This document shows positions 36,156-48,535 of a DNA stretch of 64,000 nucleotides, piece after piece. The stretch's first letter is position 1. Each line of letters opens with the position of its first letter. The DNA is from Tubiluchus corallicola. Its lineage: Eukaryota > Animalia > Priapulida. Made by a program: the position numbers and the translations under genes. The DNA lies in assembly GCA_030141605.1 (NCBI GenBank), contig JAQGDQ010000739.1, positions 18,165 through 82,164 on the forward strand. The letters run 5' to 3'. The notes under the pieces were generated by a model. It saw only the letters and a list, made by a program, of their open reading frames with translations, did not search any database and was not told where the DNA came from.

Positions 36156-39100
36156 GTAACACTGTTTGGCTTTTTGTATTTAATGAACCTGTGTATCCAC
36201 TAGCTGTAAGCATCGTTAGGTCTAGTTAGTAAAAGGATGGTTAACGATTTTTCATGGGGGCAGTCAGCGTTTCTATGGCCAGCACATTTGCGTGTACAAT
36301 TTTGTTAAAATACACGTTATCATTTAGTTAAATTATTATTTAAAGATAGTCACGTGTGTCTCTTCTTTCCCATTGTTGAATATTATTTTGTTATAAACTG
36401 ACACATTCGTATAAGAATTCAATTTTCATTCGTCTTAAATGCAAAATCTGATAATTTTTAATTACCTGATACATGAGCATTAACTAATTAATTATATTAG
36501 TAACAATTCTGAGAGGGTGGCTGACCTCGATAACTTATAGTTCTTTCGCCACCCTTTCACCACTAATCAATAATTACTTTTGCACTTTGTAATATTATTG
36601 TTAGTTGTACAGATTTATAAATCTCTTAGTTATGTATTTTGCTATTTTAAAAATGGTGATAAACTAATAAACTTACTTACTTACTTACATTTTACATGTT
36701 CGAATGCATCAGAAATTGGGTAACTTATCTATTTTTTGTTTTTGTTTTTTGTAAAAGCAAATGGTAAACTTGATGAACTTTTATATTCTAGTAATAGTAT
36801 TATTTCATTAACTGATTCCGCCACAGGTGAAATTCGGGGGCTGATTAACAAACGTATTGTATGCGCAGAGCAGTTATATAACATCGAAATAGGTGATCGC
36901 TCGGTGAAAATCTAGGGGGGACCTGGATTACAATAGAGTGCTTTCCTCACTCTTTACTTTTGTATTTTGTAATCCGCACAAGGTTAAAAAACAAAATGTT
37001 TGTTAATTATCCAGTGCAGGAACTTCATTATGTCTTTAGTTTGTTAAGGCAGGCTGACACTGTTGTTTTGTTTCATCTCATGCATTGTAGCAATATTTTT
37101 GTATCTAGTCTAAGAGTTGAACATTGTTTGCTAAGGAAATCAGCCAACTTGTGTAAACAGTGCACCACTAATGTGTTTAGATCTGCAATAATGACGTTCT
37201 TTATAATGTAGGCTATTTCCGGAATTAAAAGATGCACTTTGTTGCCATTTAAGTGCATCGCACAAGTTTTTATTGTATTTTTGTGTAATTGGTGTCGCTT
37301 GGGGTGTTTACGTTTGTCCAAAGCTGCTTAACTCACCTGCTTAATTGCAAGGTAATTAAGCCTCCTTTAAATAGTTATGAAGCACCGAGTTTGCACAACC
37401 GATTTGAACTGTAGTACGAGTCATAGTAACAGTTACTACATAAGCATGTATTGTGACGTCATTATAAATGCATTATGGCGTCATTGGATATAGTACGATC
37501 AGTACAGCAACTGTTGCACACACGAACGTCAATGTTTTGCACTATGATTATGTATTACAAACATGTATTGTGACGTCATTACCCCTTGTGTGATGTTCAG
37601 TTGCAGAACCTTGAAGCTAAATGTGATAGTATCGATCAGTATAAAAATAGGTGTGATATAATTAGCCAGCCATGTAATACTTGGAGCCTTGGGCATGTTA
37701 CTTATGTAAAATATGTAAAGTCAACATACGTGTCTCGTACATGTTATTGGCTTATTGCAAATACTGGTTGAAATACGTTAACAATAATTTGAATAATTTC
37801 TTTCTAAACTACTCAATGGGCAATATATGAAATATGTGTTATAGAGTTGGACACTTCTACACATATTCACGTTGAATGTAATTTAAAATGCATTCAAATT
37901 TAATCTGTCTTTGATATGGGACAATATCGTGTTGTCCTTGGGGCGTGAAAATTTGTGATGTCCGAGGCGATCAATGTGGCATTATGGGTTTTTCATTTTT
38001 TACGCTAGTACATGCCGACTTTAAGAAGATTGTCAATAGTCGTGCGTTTCAACAGAGGAAGTGTCAACACATTGTCACAGGGCTGTAATTTGGCTTTTTA
38101 AGTAAAGGGACATTGACCTACTGAGGAAATTTCTGTTCTTAGTCTTTACAAGAAACTAGAAAGTGCATGTATATAAACACTGCTTAATGAGTGTTGTAAA
38201 AACACCTAGTTTTTTGAAGATGCATTCTAATTACTTTACATAGTTTAATTATTAAAGAATAGTGTTTTAATTTAGAACATTTCTGGTGTTAAATTCGTAT
38301 TTTTATTTACACGTTAGAGGCAATGATTAGAAAAATTGTATTAGTGTACTTTCGATTTTTACATTATGTTGCTGACTCAGCTTCTTACATTATGTGCTGC
38401 CATTATTAAGTGAAATATGTTAGAAATGTGCACCCCCGGGGCGAATGAGAAACATTCTTTTATTCACTGGTTTTGGTAGCTACTGACAGTGAAATGATCT
38501 TGAAAATTTTTATGTGTGGAAAGAATTTTTTCTCAAAAATTGAATTGGAAAACTCAAACTTGTCAAACTGGATTAAAACCGAGAATTTAAGCAGCTCTCT
38601 GCTTTGTCTTCCTGAATAGACAAAATGTAAATTATGTAAAAAAATTCTATGGTAGCTGGTTTTATATCACTGTGACTTCTCTATGCAAAAGTTTAGCTAA
38701 ATTGGCCAAGATGATCTTCAATGGTTGTTTTTGCAAAATGATTTGTGAAAAGGTCATTTGCATGTATTCACCTTTGATTGAACTAATGTTTTTCCAGGGT
38801 GTGAAAAAAATTGTATGAAAAAATATATGTACAAATTACAAATAAATATATTTTGTATAAATAAATATAAAAATAAAAGATTTTAAGATAAGTTGTTCGA
38901 TTTATGTCAAATAAATAACAAAGTTATTTAGGCAACCCACCTGTGTCTCATAAATTTTGTCAACTCAGCCACGATTAAACTCACCTGGGTAAACTTACCT
39001 GAGTAAACTTACCTGGGTGGTTTCATTAAAATGTTAGGTGATGTTCTTCTCTCTATAAACTTATTCATTGTGATATTATATGTACATAATACATATGTAT

Positions 39101-39514
39101 GAACATAGTGTATTGTAAAGCTGTTGTTATTCTATAATTAGAATTTAATGAGATTATTTGGTATTCTGTAAGCGCGCTGCATATGTATGCTAAGCACAAC
39201 TTCTACTACCACTTAACCGGTTTTTTTCTATTTGTGGAGAAAGTACAACGTGGTTTATGTAAGGGACGTTCACCCTTGAAAACTTATATAAAATATGATT
39301 ATAATTGTGTACTTGAAATTGCGTCTGTTGAGATAATCACGTGGTCGCAGAATGAAATTTACACTCTTTGTGCTTGTATGAAGCTGGCTTTATTTTGGTC
39401 AGGTAGCTACTTATTTTCAACACATATTCAAATTATTTGTAAAAAGGTGGCTTTTCTAATGTTGTTGCTGTCCTAAACAAGTTTTACGTCTCTCCTGGCA
39501 GGGGTCTTTGTAGT

Positions 39515-39833
39515 AATAATAATAATAATAATAATAATATTTTTATTTATCTTGTAACACACGCACAGTTATAATACAATTAATTTGGAAACAAAAATGT
39601 GAAGAAAGGGCAGCGAAAGACCAATTGGTCATCTAGTCAGCTGCCCTTTGGTTAGTGATGAACATTTTTATAAGCGCTTTGCTACAGCGTATTACTGTTA
39701 GTACTGCTTATAATAAAGATTTAATTGTTAAGAATGACATTAAATTGATGTGCTTATAACGTGTTAGTACAATTCATACACAGTGATAATAAGTGCATAA
39801 TAAAAAAAAGTCAAACTGAAATGAAACTGAACT
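39515..39833 (-). mobile_element. Probable LINE/SINE 3' tail fragment flanked by about 45-bp direct repeats
   Basis: On the minus strand: stem-loop AAAGGGCAGC...GCTGCCCTTT, then AATAAA and an (ATT)n tail. The direct repeat AAACAAGTTTTACGTCTCTCCTG(G/A)CAGGGGTCT(T/C)TGTAGT is at 39475 and 39835. Confidence 0.5.
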
Positions 39834-41025
39834 GAAACAAGTTTTACGTCTCTCCTGACAGGGGTCTCTGTAGTGATACATGTGTCCTGCCTTTGAGGTT
39901 TTTGTGCACGATGTAAACAACAATTCCTGAAGAACAACAGAAGTAATTAAGTAAGGTATTACCCAGCCTTTCCCTAGCTGTTATAATAAACAATTCAGTA
40001 GGGTTTTGGGTAAGTTCTTGGGTTCAAGTCGTTAGTTTTAAGTCTGCAATTCCAAAAATATCGTTCAAACCCAAATCTCAAGTCACTCGGCCTTTTTTCT
40101 AATCTCGTTTTTTAAGTTTGAACATGTTGTTACTGTCCAAAACAAACTTTAGGTCTCTCCTGACATGGGTCTTTGTAGCAGTGTAGTATATGTAGTACAC
40201 TACTACAAAGTGTAGTGTATGTAGCATCAGTAGATTTGTTTGTTTATTGTTGATTGTGAGCTCAGTTGATAATAGTAAACAAGTGAATATGTAAATGGTA
40301 AACACGTAAACAGTACACGAAAGCAAAATGGTGACAAATTAATTGCATGCAAAAGCCAAGAGAAATGAAAATTTTTACGAAAGTGAGTGAAAAAATAATT
40401 ACATTTAATAAACAGTATTTTCACTGTTTATTTGCAAAAAATGATATGAAACACAATTTTGACCAGACGATCTAAACATCTTTCCTCCTTAGATGTGGTC
40501 TAAGTTGTCCTGATAACCCTTATTGCCAAATAACTGAAATTTATTGATTTTTCAATATTTAATTTATGTTAATTAACATAGTTAGTTTGTGTTATTGCTT
40601 AAAGCAAAAGTGACAAACTTTGCACAATTACAGATTAACAAGCGATATATTTTGAGTTTGAGTTGTTGGTGTAAGTTGAGTCATGATGTGACTGACTCTG
40701 GGGTTGGTTCTTGTGGGTTAACAGTTCTGAGATTTTGATCTAATTCCTCATCCAGTTTTTGGCAAGCTGAACCTTGCTTAACTGGCAACTAGTGTTTTAG
40801 TTGTTAAAGCAGTTTTTGCTCAAAAACTCATTGTGTTTCATTACCACCATATAAACGTTTATTGTTTGCCCTGTTTTGTGTTAGCTAGGTTAATCATTTT
40901 TACTACAGTCGTTGCTCGTTAGCAGTGATAAATTGCTACAAACATCAATAAGTTTTGCCGTTAGCGAGGTTTATTGTGTTTAGTCTCCTCTTCTCAAGAG
41001 ATGAGTAATTCTTCTCTTATTCTAG

Positions 41026-41214
41026 CTTTCAGCATTGCGAGGCACGATCGTCGAAGAATCCATTCCGTCCACTACGAAGCCGAGCGGAAATCGCCCGGTT
41101 CCGGTCAAAGATGTCCTGGAATACGTTGTTCCAGATTTGCAGACGTGCTGCCTCAAGCTGGGCGTGAACGGTCCTCAGACGTCCGAGCAGTTGGTCAAGC
41201 TGGACGAGCAAGTC
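41026..41214 (+). CDS. SIPA1L: SIPA1L-like coding exon 3 (RapGAP dimerisation region)
   Basis: CTTCTCTTATTCTAG| ... GTC|GTAAGT. Encodes LSALRGTIVEESIPST...VKDVLEYVVPDLQTCCLKL...EQLVKLDEQV. 189 nt, phase 0 to 0. Confidence 0.95.
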
Positions 41215-42499
41215 GTAAGTGATTAGTCGGTCGAGTTGGATGAGCAATGTCGAAAGCGTGCGTGTGTCATATGATGGCAAATATCCGCGGAATTAGGGAT
41301 GTGGAAATTCTTCTCACAACAACCTGTGAAGAGCTGTACTCTTATTTGTTCGTTAACTATATCATCTTTGATACATTTATAGTTGACGTACTTAGATGTA
41401 CTTAGAATTGACGTACTTAGATGTACTTAGAATTTAGCTTATGAAAGTAAGTGGTAGCAAGGTAATTATATACTAAACGAGAAATGGAAAACCTGCAAGA
41501 GAATAAGTACATTTTGTACTGTGTAAGTCCTTGGTTTTGGCCCTCCGAAACGGGGAGCTAGTATTTGTGCTGTACTTTGAGCTACCCGCCTGTAGAACTT
41601 CTTGGAAAACTACAGCTTTGGAAAAAGGTTTGGAAGATTTGGAAGTTTTCAAGTACAGTCAAGTTCAAATTCCTAGCGCAAATTAAGAAAATATATTTGA
41701 AATTCCTATCCTACGTCCTTCAAACATATTTGCTTTCAAACTTACAAACATACTTACAAACTCAGCATTACAAACTCAACTTTCTTTTGCGACACAATGC
41801 ATCCTTATTGCAATAGATTGTAGAGTTTTTGTCATTAGTTTTTATATGCCTCAGTGCTCATTAGCGTGCGTATTTATATTACTAATGCAGTCTTTCCACT
41901 TTTGCGAGATAGAAAGTATCTGCTCGGAACTGCCAAATTCGGACTACAGTCAATTTAAGTCGTTTTGTGAACAAAATTTGTTGCCATGACAACGGTTCAT
42001 TTGTTCGTGTTTACAAGTCTACCTGAACAAACAGTGTGCCTGTCAAAACTGCGATAGTGATTAATGAACGTGATCACTTTTATTTGAACAAATATGACAG
42101 ATTCAAACTAGGGCAGTCGGTGCAAGAGGGCGCCGCGGTAAAGTCGGGCGGATTAAATTATTTGAATCTGTAATGTGGACGTTTTTTGCCTTTATTTATC
42201 TTACTAATTGTAAAAACTTTCCGTGCCCGGAGTGAAATCCATGAGATGTGGCGCACAGTGTTTGCTTTGCAAGTAAACTCTTGAAATTACACGTTTAATA
42301 TGTTATCCAAATAGATGGCAGATGCCCTGCTTCGGGAAAGCAAATGATACAATCTATAGTGTAGCCATCTGGTGGCAGGATGGTGCGTTATTGTAGCATT
42401 TTGAGAATTCATACCCAGTTAGCATGGTTATAGTAGTAACCAAGTGCTTCTGTATCTACCTTTGTCTTATGTGAAAATTACTGATCAGATAGCGTGTAT

Positions 42500-42724
42500 A
42501 CTCATGACGTGTATTTTGGCGACTGAAGCTAAGTGATGCCAAGGTTGGTCAGTGAATGGATGGGTAGCTGAATATTTGCTCTGTTTTTTGTTCACCATGT
42601 TGATACTAGCCAGTTGACTCATTGAGGGGAAAGGATTTGTGTATTCTTGTTAGACTGTGGCCGAGACGCCTCTGATGATCTAGTAGCTCATCTTAGAGGA
42701 TTGTCTAGATGCTAGTCTTGCCAC
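42500..42724 (+). mobile_element. 5S rRNA-derived SINE-like copy with a downstream hairpin
   Basis: CTGAAGCTAAGTGATGCCAAGGTTGGTCAGTGAATGGATGGGTAGC is 5S A/C box-like. Stem GTGGCCGAGAC...GTCTTGCCAC at about 42657-42724. Confidence 0.5.
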
Positions 42725-43160
42725 AACCATCTACAATAACTAGGGCAGTCAGTAAGTGCTTTGACAAAATCTATAAAAAGCAGTCTGTCTGCAACTCTGC
42801 AGCTTTTTGTTCCTCAGTTATCTATAATTTTCATATACTGCCCCCTGGTGAGCTGAAAAGAAACAACACGGACCTGTTTTTCATCTAAAGGGTTAGACTG
42901 GCGTCTAATACATTGATTTAAGTGAGCTTAAAGCTAGCGATGATGTGAGTGAGACGGAATGAATGGCATTCATAGCAGATGTATTGTACAAACACACACA
43001 GACCGGGGTTTGTTTATTTTTGCTAAAATTGCGTTTCGGATATTCTATCCCGACTGGGAAAATCACAAAACAAAGTTCACCGCGCCCCGGTCTGCAACGT
43101 TTCACTCGTCAAAACAGTTTCCGTTTGTTATCATTTTCTTTTTCTTTTTCTGCCCTGTAG

Positions 43161-43236
43161 ATGACACCGCATTACAAGATCGGGATCATGTACTGCAAGG
43201 CGGGACAGTCAACGGAGGAGGAAATGTACAACAATG
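43161..43236 (+). CDS. SIPA1L: SIPA1L-like coding exon 4 (RapGAP domain start)
   Basis: A long pyrimidine tract ...CCCTGTAG| precedes [25 protein letters not shown], a near-invariant SIPA1L motif. Donor G|GTAAGG, phase 0 to 1. Confidence 0.97.
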
Positions 43237-44211
43237 GTAAGGGTCGTTTCTCGTCTCCACTTAACGAGATTGTTGTTGCTTTTCTAGGTAAAGGGTTATC
43301 AACTGACCAAATAAACTACCGCGTTTGCTTGGCTTGCATCGTGTTTCACTCTGTACAAATAATTACACAGATTTTGTATCGTTTGACTCAAAAGGGCAGC
43401 CAGTCATTACTGGTTGCTGTGGTTTATGGATTATGGTTTATGGTTTAGAAGTGCCAGATATATTTATGTTAAACTTGATCTTATTTATTTTGATGTGATT
43501 CATAGAAAATGTGAATGCAGTTTATATGTCAGGCTGAATAAGAGTGAAAATTTTATATGCAAGAGCATTTTAAACAGTGATGTAAACTTTACTTTTGAAA
43601 TTAGATGTCAGTGGCATATTATTATACTTGTGTTATTATTATTATTAACTTTGTCATATTATTAATTGTTTGTTTTATTGTCATGAGGCATAATTTATTG
43701 TATTTTTTGTAGTAACTTGCGATGTAAGTTTGAAATAAAATATCAAATCAAATGAAATTATGGTGGTTTTGGCTGAACAGTCTAGAAATTTTTATTGCAG
43801 TGTCCCCGACGGCTTGAATTTTAATGTTCTTCCATGATGAAGTGTGGCTTGATAACAAATAGTGTGTTGTATTGTGTATGAAATCAATCACAGAACTGAA
43901 CAAATTGTGCATAATGTAGGTTATTCCTGCATCCATTAATTTTGTTTCAAAATAATCATTATAGCAAATCAGTTGATTGATAATGTGCATGTAAATTTGT
44001 CATGTCAAAACACGTCATTATTTCTGCATTACTAGCGTCATTTGCATGCTTGTGGAGATGACGAAAATTTTCAGTTTTCTGTCTGTTCATTCTCTCGGGA
44101 GTTCTAACGACAATTTTCTTTCTATAAAGGTTTTTGTGTCTCCGAAATTCGCGAAGGAAAATGCTGCAGCGAGCACGAACGTGTTACGGTAAATCGTTTA
44201 TTGTTTTGCAG

Positions 44212-44310
44212 AGCAAGCCGGACCTGCTTTTGAAGAATTTCTCAATTTAATCGGGACCAAAATCAAGTTGAAGGGTTTTGAAAAGTACAAAGGCGGTTTA
44301 GACAGTAAAA
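44212..44310 (+). CDS. SIPA1L: SIPA1L-like coding exon 5 (RapGAP domain)
   Basis: TTGTTTTGCAG| (E)[33 protein letters not shown]|GTACGT. Phase 1 to 1. Confidence 0.97.
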
Positions 44311-44437
44311 GTACGTCAAGACTATCTGTCAATTATTTTGATATGTGTGTATTTGCTTATGTGCATTGCGCTGAACGTTAATTAAACGTAACACCTGTTG
44401 CAAATTAGATTGTGTATGTAGTAAGCTGAGTCAGCAA

Positions 44438-45151
44438 CAAGGATGTTACTGAAACTGAAATTACAAACCAAAATTTATGAAACACAGGGAACCGATACCC
44501 GAAACGAAACCGAATTGAAATCATTTTTGCAACACTAACTACTGTCAAAACTGAAATAAATCAAGCGCTTTGTTGTTACTCGGTTGCTCATATTTTACTC
44601 TGATATATGCTTGTTGAAGTAGCTAGGCAGAAAATCCCAACCAAAACAGTAGCACAATGTTAATGCTTAAAGATCAGGAAGTTTAAAAAAATTGACACTT
44701 ATTTTGTAACTGTAACTATATATAGAATATATAACTATATTCTATTTATATTATAATATATATATTATTATATATATATATAGAATATATAATTATTCTA
44801 TAATATAAGTTGTTAAAATTAAACTTAGTTTTCTTCAAATTACACTTTAATATTTCGGTTGATTGTGCCTGGAGTCATCAGTATTGAAGATATGCCACAT
44901 TGCTACAAATGGTACAAAAACTTAAATAAACGATATTTACTCTTTATTTGAACTATTTTAGCCAAAAATTTTCAGCGATTTTAACACCTAGGAGAACTAA
45001 CAGTAAGCTGGATTAATACTATTAAAAGCTGGGCAAAATTTCACACAAAATTTCAGCTAGGAAATTTAATTATTCTCGACAAAAAAGAAACTCAACCCAA
45101 AGTGCAGTCGTCGACAAAAGAAACGAAATTTTCATTTCTGTAACATCCCTG
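44438..45151. mobile_element. hAT-type MITE in the intron between coding exons 5 and 6
   Basis: TIRs CAAGGATGTTACTGAAACTGAAA and (reverse complement) CAGGGATGTTACAGAAATGAAA. The 8-bp TSD is GTCAGCAA / CTCAGCAA (7/8). Confidence 0.8.
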
Positions 45152-45506
45152 CTCAGCAAGCAGTATTTGATTACTTATTGTGGATACCATCAGAATATGG
45201 ACGCAAAATCATTTGTGTTGTTCTGTAAACAGAAATTGCAAGTTTTTATTTTGTGTAAAATTTTCTTGAAATGATTGGATATTGTTGAAGAAAAAACAAT
45301 GAATTCAAGCCATTTAATAACAAGGATAATCAGATGGCTTTTTTTAAATCAAAGTTGGCAGAAAAAATGCAAGAAATTTATTTAACTTGAATTAATTTCC
45401 ACGAGGGAATTGTGGTTTTACACAAATTGTGGGTTTTTCTGTGCATTAATTTACTGTTTAGAGGATTACGGTTGAATTGCTAACAACATTTTCAATGTTT
45501 TTTCAG

Positions 45507-45610
45507 CCGATTCGACGGGATTGTATTCGCTCTACACTACATACCAAGATTACGAAATCATGTTCCATGTTTCTACACTACTGCCACATACACCAAATAA
45601 TAAACAACAG
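45507..45610 (+). CDS. SIPA1L: SIPA1L-like coding exon 6 (RapGAP domain); the gene continues past the window
   Basis: GTTTTTTCAG| (T)[34 protein letters not shown] |GTATGT. Phase 1 to 0. The next expected residues are LLRKRHIGND. Confidence 0.97.
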
Positions 45611-46398
45611 GTATGTTCTATGTATTTACACTATTGCCACATACACCAAATAAAAAACAACAGGTATGTTCTATGTATTTACACTATTGCCACATACACC
45701 AAATAATAAACAACAGGTATGTTCTATGTATTTACACTATTGCCACATACACCAAATAATAAACAACAGGTATGTTCTATGTATTTACACTCCTGCCACA
45801 TACACCAAATAAAAAACAACAGGTATGTTCTATGTATTTACACTCCTGCCACATACACCAAATAATAAACAACAGGTATGTTCTATGTATTTACACTATT
45901 GCCACATACACCAAATAATAAACAACAGGTATGTTCTATGTATTTACACTATTGCCACATACACCAAATAATAAACAACAGGTATGTTCTATGTATTTAC
46001 ACTATTGCCACATACACCAAATAATAAACAACAGGTATGTTCTATGTATCTACACTATTGCCACATACACCAAATAATAAACAACAGGTATGTTCCATGT
46101 TTCTACACTACTGCCACATACACCAAATAATAAACAACAGGTATGTTCTATGTATTTACACTATTGCCACATACACCAAATAAAAAACAACAGGTATGTT
46201 CTATGTATTTACACTATTGCCACATACACCAAATAATAAACAACAGGTATGTTCTATGTATTTACACTATTGCCACATACACCAAATAATAAACAACAGG
46301 TATGTTCTATGTATCTACACTATTGCCACATACACCAAATAATAAACATGAGGTATGTTCTATGTATTTACACTATTGCCACATACACCAAATAATAA
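45560..46398 (+). repeat. 53-bp tandem repeat derived from the exon 6 3' end plus the donor GT (exon copy plus about 15 intronic copies)
   Basis: Unit GTATGTTCTATGTATTTACACTATTGCCACATACACCAAATAATAAACAACAG. GT starts occur every 53 nt from 45611 to 46353. Confidence 0.97.
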
Positions 46399-46399
46399 G

Positions 46400-46833
46400 A
46401 ACATGAGCAAAAATGCTGAATGTGAAAAAATGAAGGAGGTTTTAAACAAAAAAGGTAATTTAGCAACATGAGCAAAAATGCTGAATGTGAAAAAATGCAG
46501 GAGGTTTTAAACAACAAAGGTAATTTAGCAATGCAAGCAAAAATGCTGAATGTGAAAAAATGCAGGAGGTTTTAAACAACAAAGGTAATTTAGCAATGTG
46601 AGCAAAAATGCTGAATGTGAAAAAATGAAGGAGGTTTTAAACAACAAAGGTAATTTAGCAATGCAAGCAAAAATGCTGAATGTGAAAAAATGCAGGAGGT
46701 TTTAAACAACAAAGGTAATTTAGCAACATGAGCAAAAATGCCGAATGTGAAAAAATGCAATTGGTTTTAAACAACAAAGGTAATTTAGCAACATGAGGAA
46801 AAATGCTGAATGTGAAAAAAATGAAGGAAGTTT
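46400..46833. repeat. 65-bp tandem repeat, about 6.5 copies, abutting the 53-bp array
   Basis: Unit AACATGAGCAAAAATGCTGAATGTGAAAAAATGCAGGAGGTTTTAAACAACAAAGGTAATTTAGC. Confidence 0.95.
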
Positions 46834-47438
46834 TATCATCTTTGCAAATGCGAAAAAAGGGTTTTTACGCCAAAGTATACATTGTGCTATAACACAGTAA
46901 ACCCTCATTGTAACAGACAGTTCTTTGTATATAACATGCTGTTTCTATTCCATTTACAAGTTACAATGGGCAAGCTGACTACGACACATGCCTAGAGTGA
47001 AACGTGGGATTGTCAGCTGATGTGCTGTGCACCACACACAGTAATCAGAGTGAAGGATTATATATCACCTTTCGCTGTATTATTCACTCACACTTTTATG
47101 TATTGCTTGCTACAATACAGATGTGCTTACGCTGCATTTATATTGAACCGCGAATGAATTCACTAGTTGTTCTTATACAACTAGTTCATTTCGACAGCTT
47201 ATTACGGGCACCCATATCCGTGACATTATAATGAAAGCTCACTGCACATTTCAACTCTTAACAAATGTACCTGTATATAAGTTATATTTACAGTCAAATT
47301 TATTAGAGCTTGCATAGTTTTTATTGCCACAATATACTCCAAAAAACTAATCAGAGTTTATCTAGTTGTCTAAACTGTTATGGAAAATGTAAAAATTTGA
47401 AATAAATCATCAACTGAAATTTCATTACAAGTCTATAG

Positions 47439-47725
47439 TACTCAAATTATTACATCATTTACTTCATTCTTATTTACATTAAGTTATCTACAGAAGCATG
47501 CATAATTATAATCATTTTTTCATTTAAGTAAGGTGAGTGTGTTAATGACCGTATGGTCGTACACTCACCTCGCACTACTCAAATTATTACATCATTTACT
47601 TCATCTTTGTTTACATTAAGTTATCTGCAGAAGCATGCATAACTATAATCATTTTTTCATTTAAGTAAGGTGAGTGTGCTAATGACCGTAAGGTCGTACA
47701 CTCACCCCACACTACTCAAATTATT
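47439..47725. repeat. Tandem duplication of about 137 bp, each copy carrying a stem-loop
   Basis: Two near-identical copies, each with (A)GGTGAGTGT-N6-GACC-GTA(T/A)-GGTC-GT-ACACTCACC. Confidence 0.9.
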
Positions 47726-47968
47726 TTATTTAAAGTTTATTAATGTGTTTGATATTGTATTTTTTGATGTGTGAAAAATTCATAGTTGTGTCTCCTCTAA
47801 ACCATGGCTGCTTCGTGGAATGGATAACCCCTATTACTTCACCGTCCCACCTGTGTTTATTAATTGTTCATAACTAACCAAGTGCCTATTTGTAAGTTCA
47901 AGAAAAGGGGTTAATAAATTTATTGAATCGAATTACGTAATGGCGCACTTCCGCGGAGTTTTGTTTAT

Positions 47969-48535
47969 TGCTTGGTTGGCAACTACAGCTGGACTATCTT
48001 CCGCATAAGATGAGTCATTTCCCGCAGAGGGTGAGGAGGGACGGGAGACTGCTTGGTTGGCAACTACAGCTGGACTATCTTCCTCATAAGATGAGTCATT
48101 TCCCGCAGAGGTGAGGAGGGACGGGAGACTGCTTGGTTGGTAACTACAGCTGGACTATCTTCCGCATAAGATGAGTCATTTCCCGCAGAGGGTGAGGAGG
48201 GACGGGAGACTGCTTGGTTGGCAACTACAGCTGGACTATCTTCCTCATAAGATGAGTCATTTCCCGCAGAGGTGAGGAGGGACGGGAGACTGCTTGGTTG
48301 GTAACTACAGCTGGACTATCTTCCGCATAAGATGAGTCATTTCCCGCAGAGGGTGAGGAGGGACGGGAGACTGCTTGGTTGGTAACTACAGCTGGACTAT
48401 CTTCCGCATAAGATGAGTCATTTCCCGCAGAGGGTGAGGAGGGACGGGAGACTGCTTGGTTGGTAACTACACCTGGACTATCTTCCGCATAAGATGAATC
48501 ATTTCCCCTTTGAGGGGGAGGAGGGACGGGAGACT
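47969..48535. repeat. 80/81-bp GC-richer tandem repeat, 7 copies
   Basis: Unit starts at 47969, 48050, 48130, 48211, 48291, 48372 and 48453. Confidence 0.97.

Noticed and set aside
42672-42720. CTGATGA followed by a TCTAG/CTAGA stem as a hammerhead ribozyme
   Set aside because: No GAAA follows the stem, so the catalytic core is incomplete.
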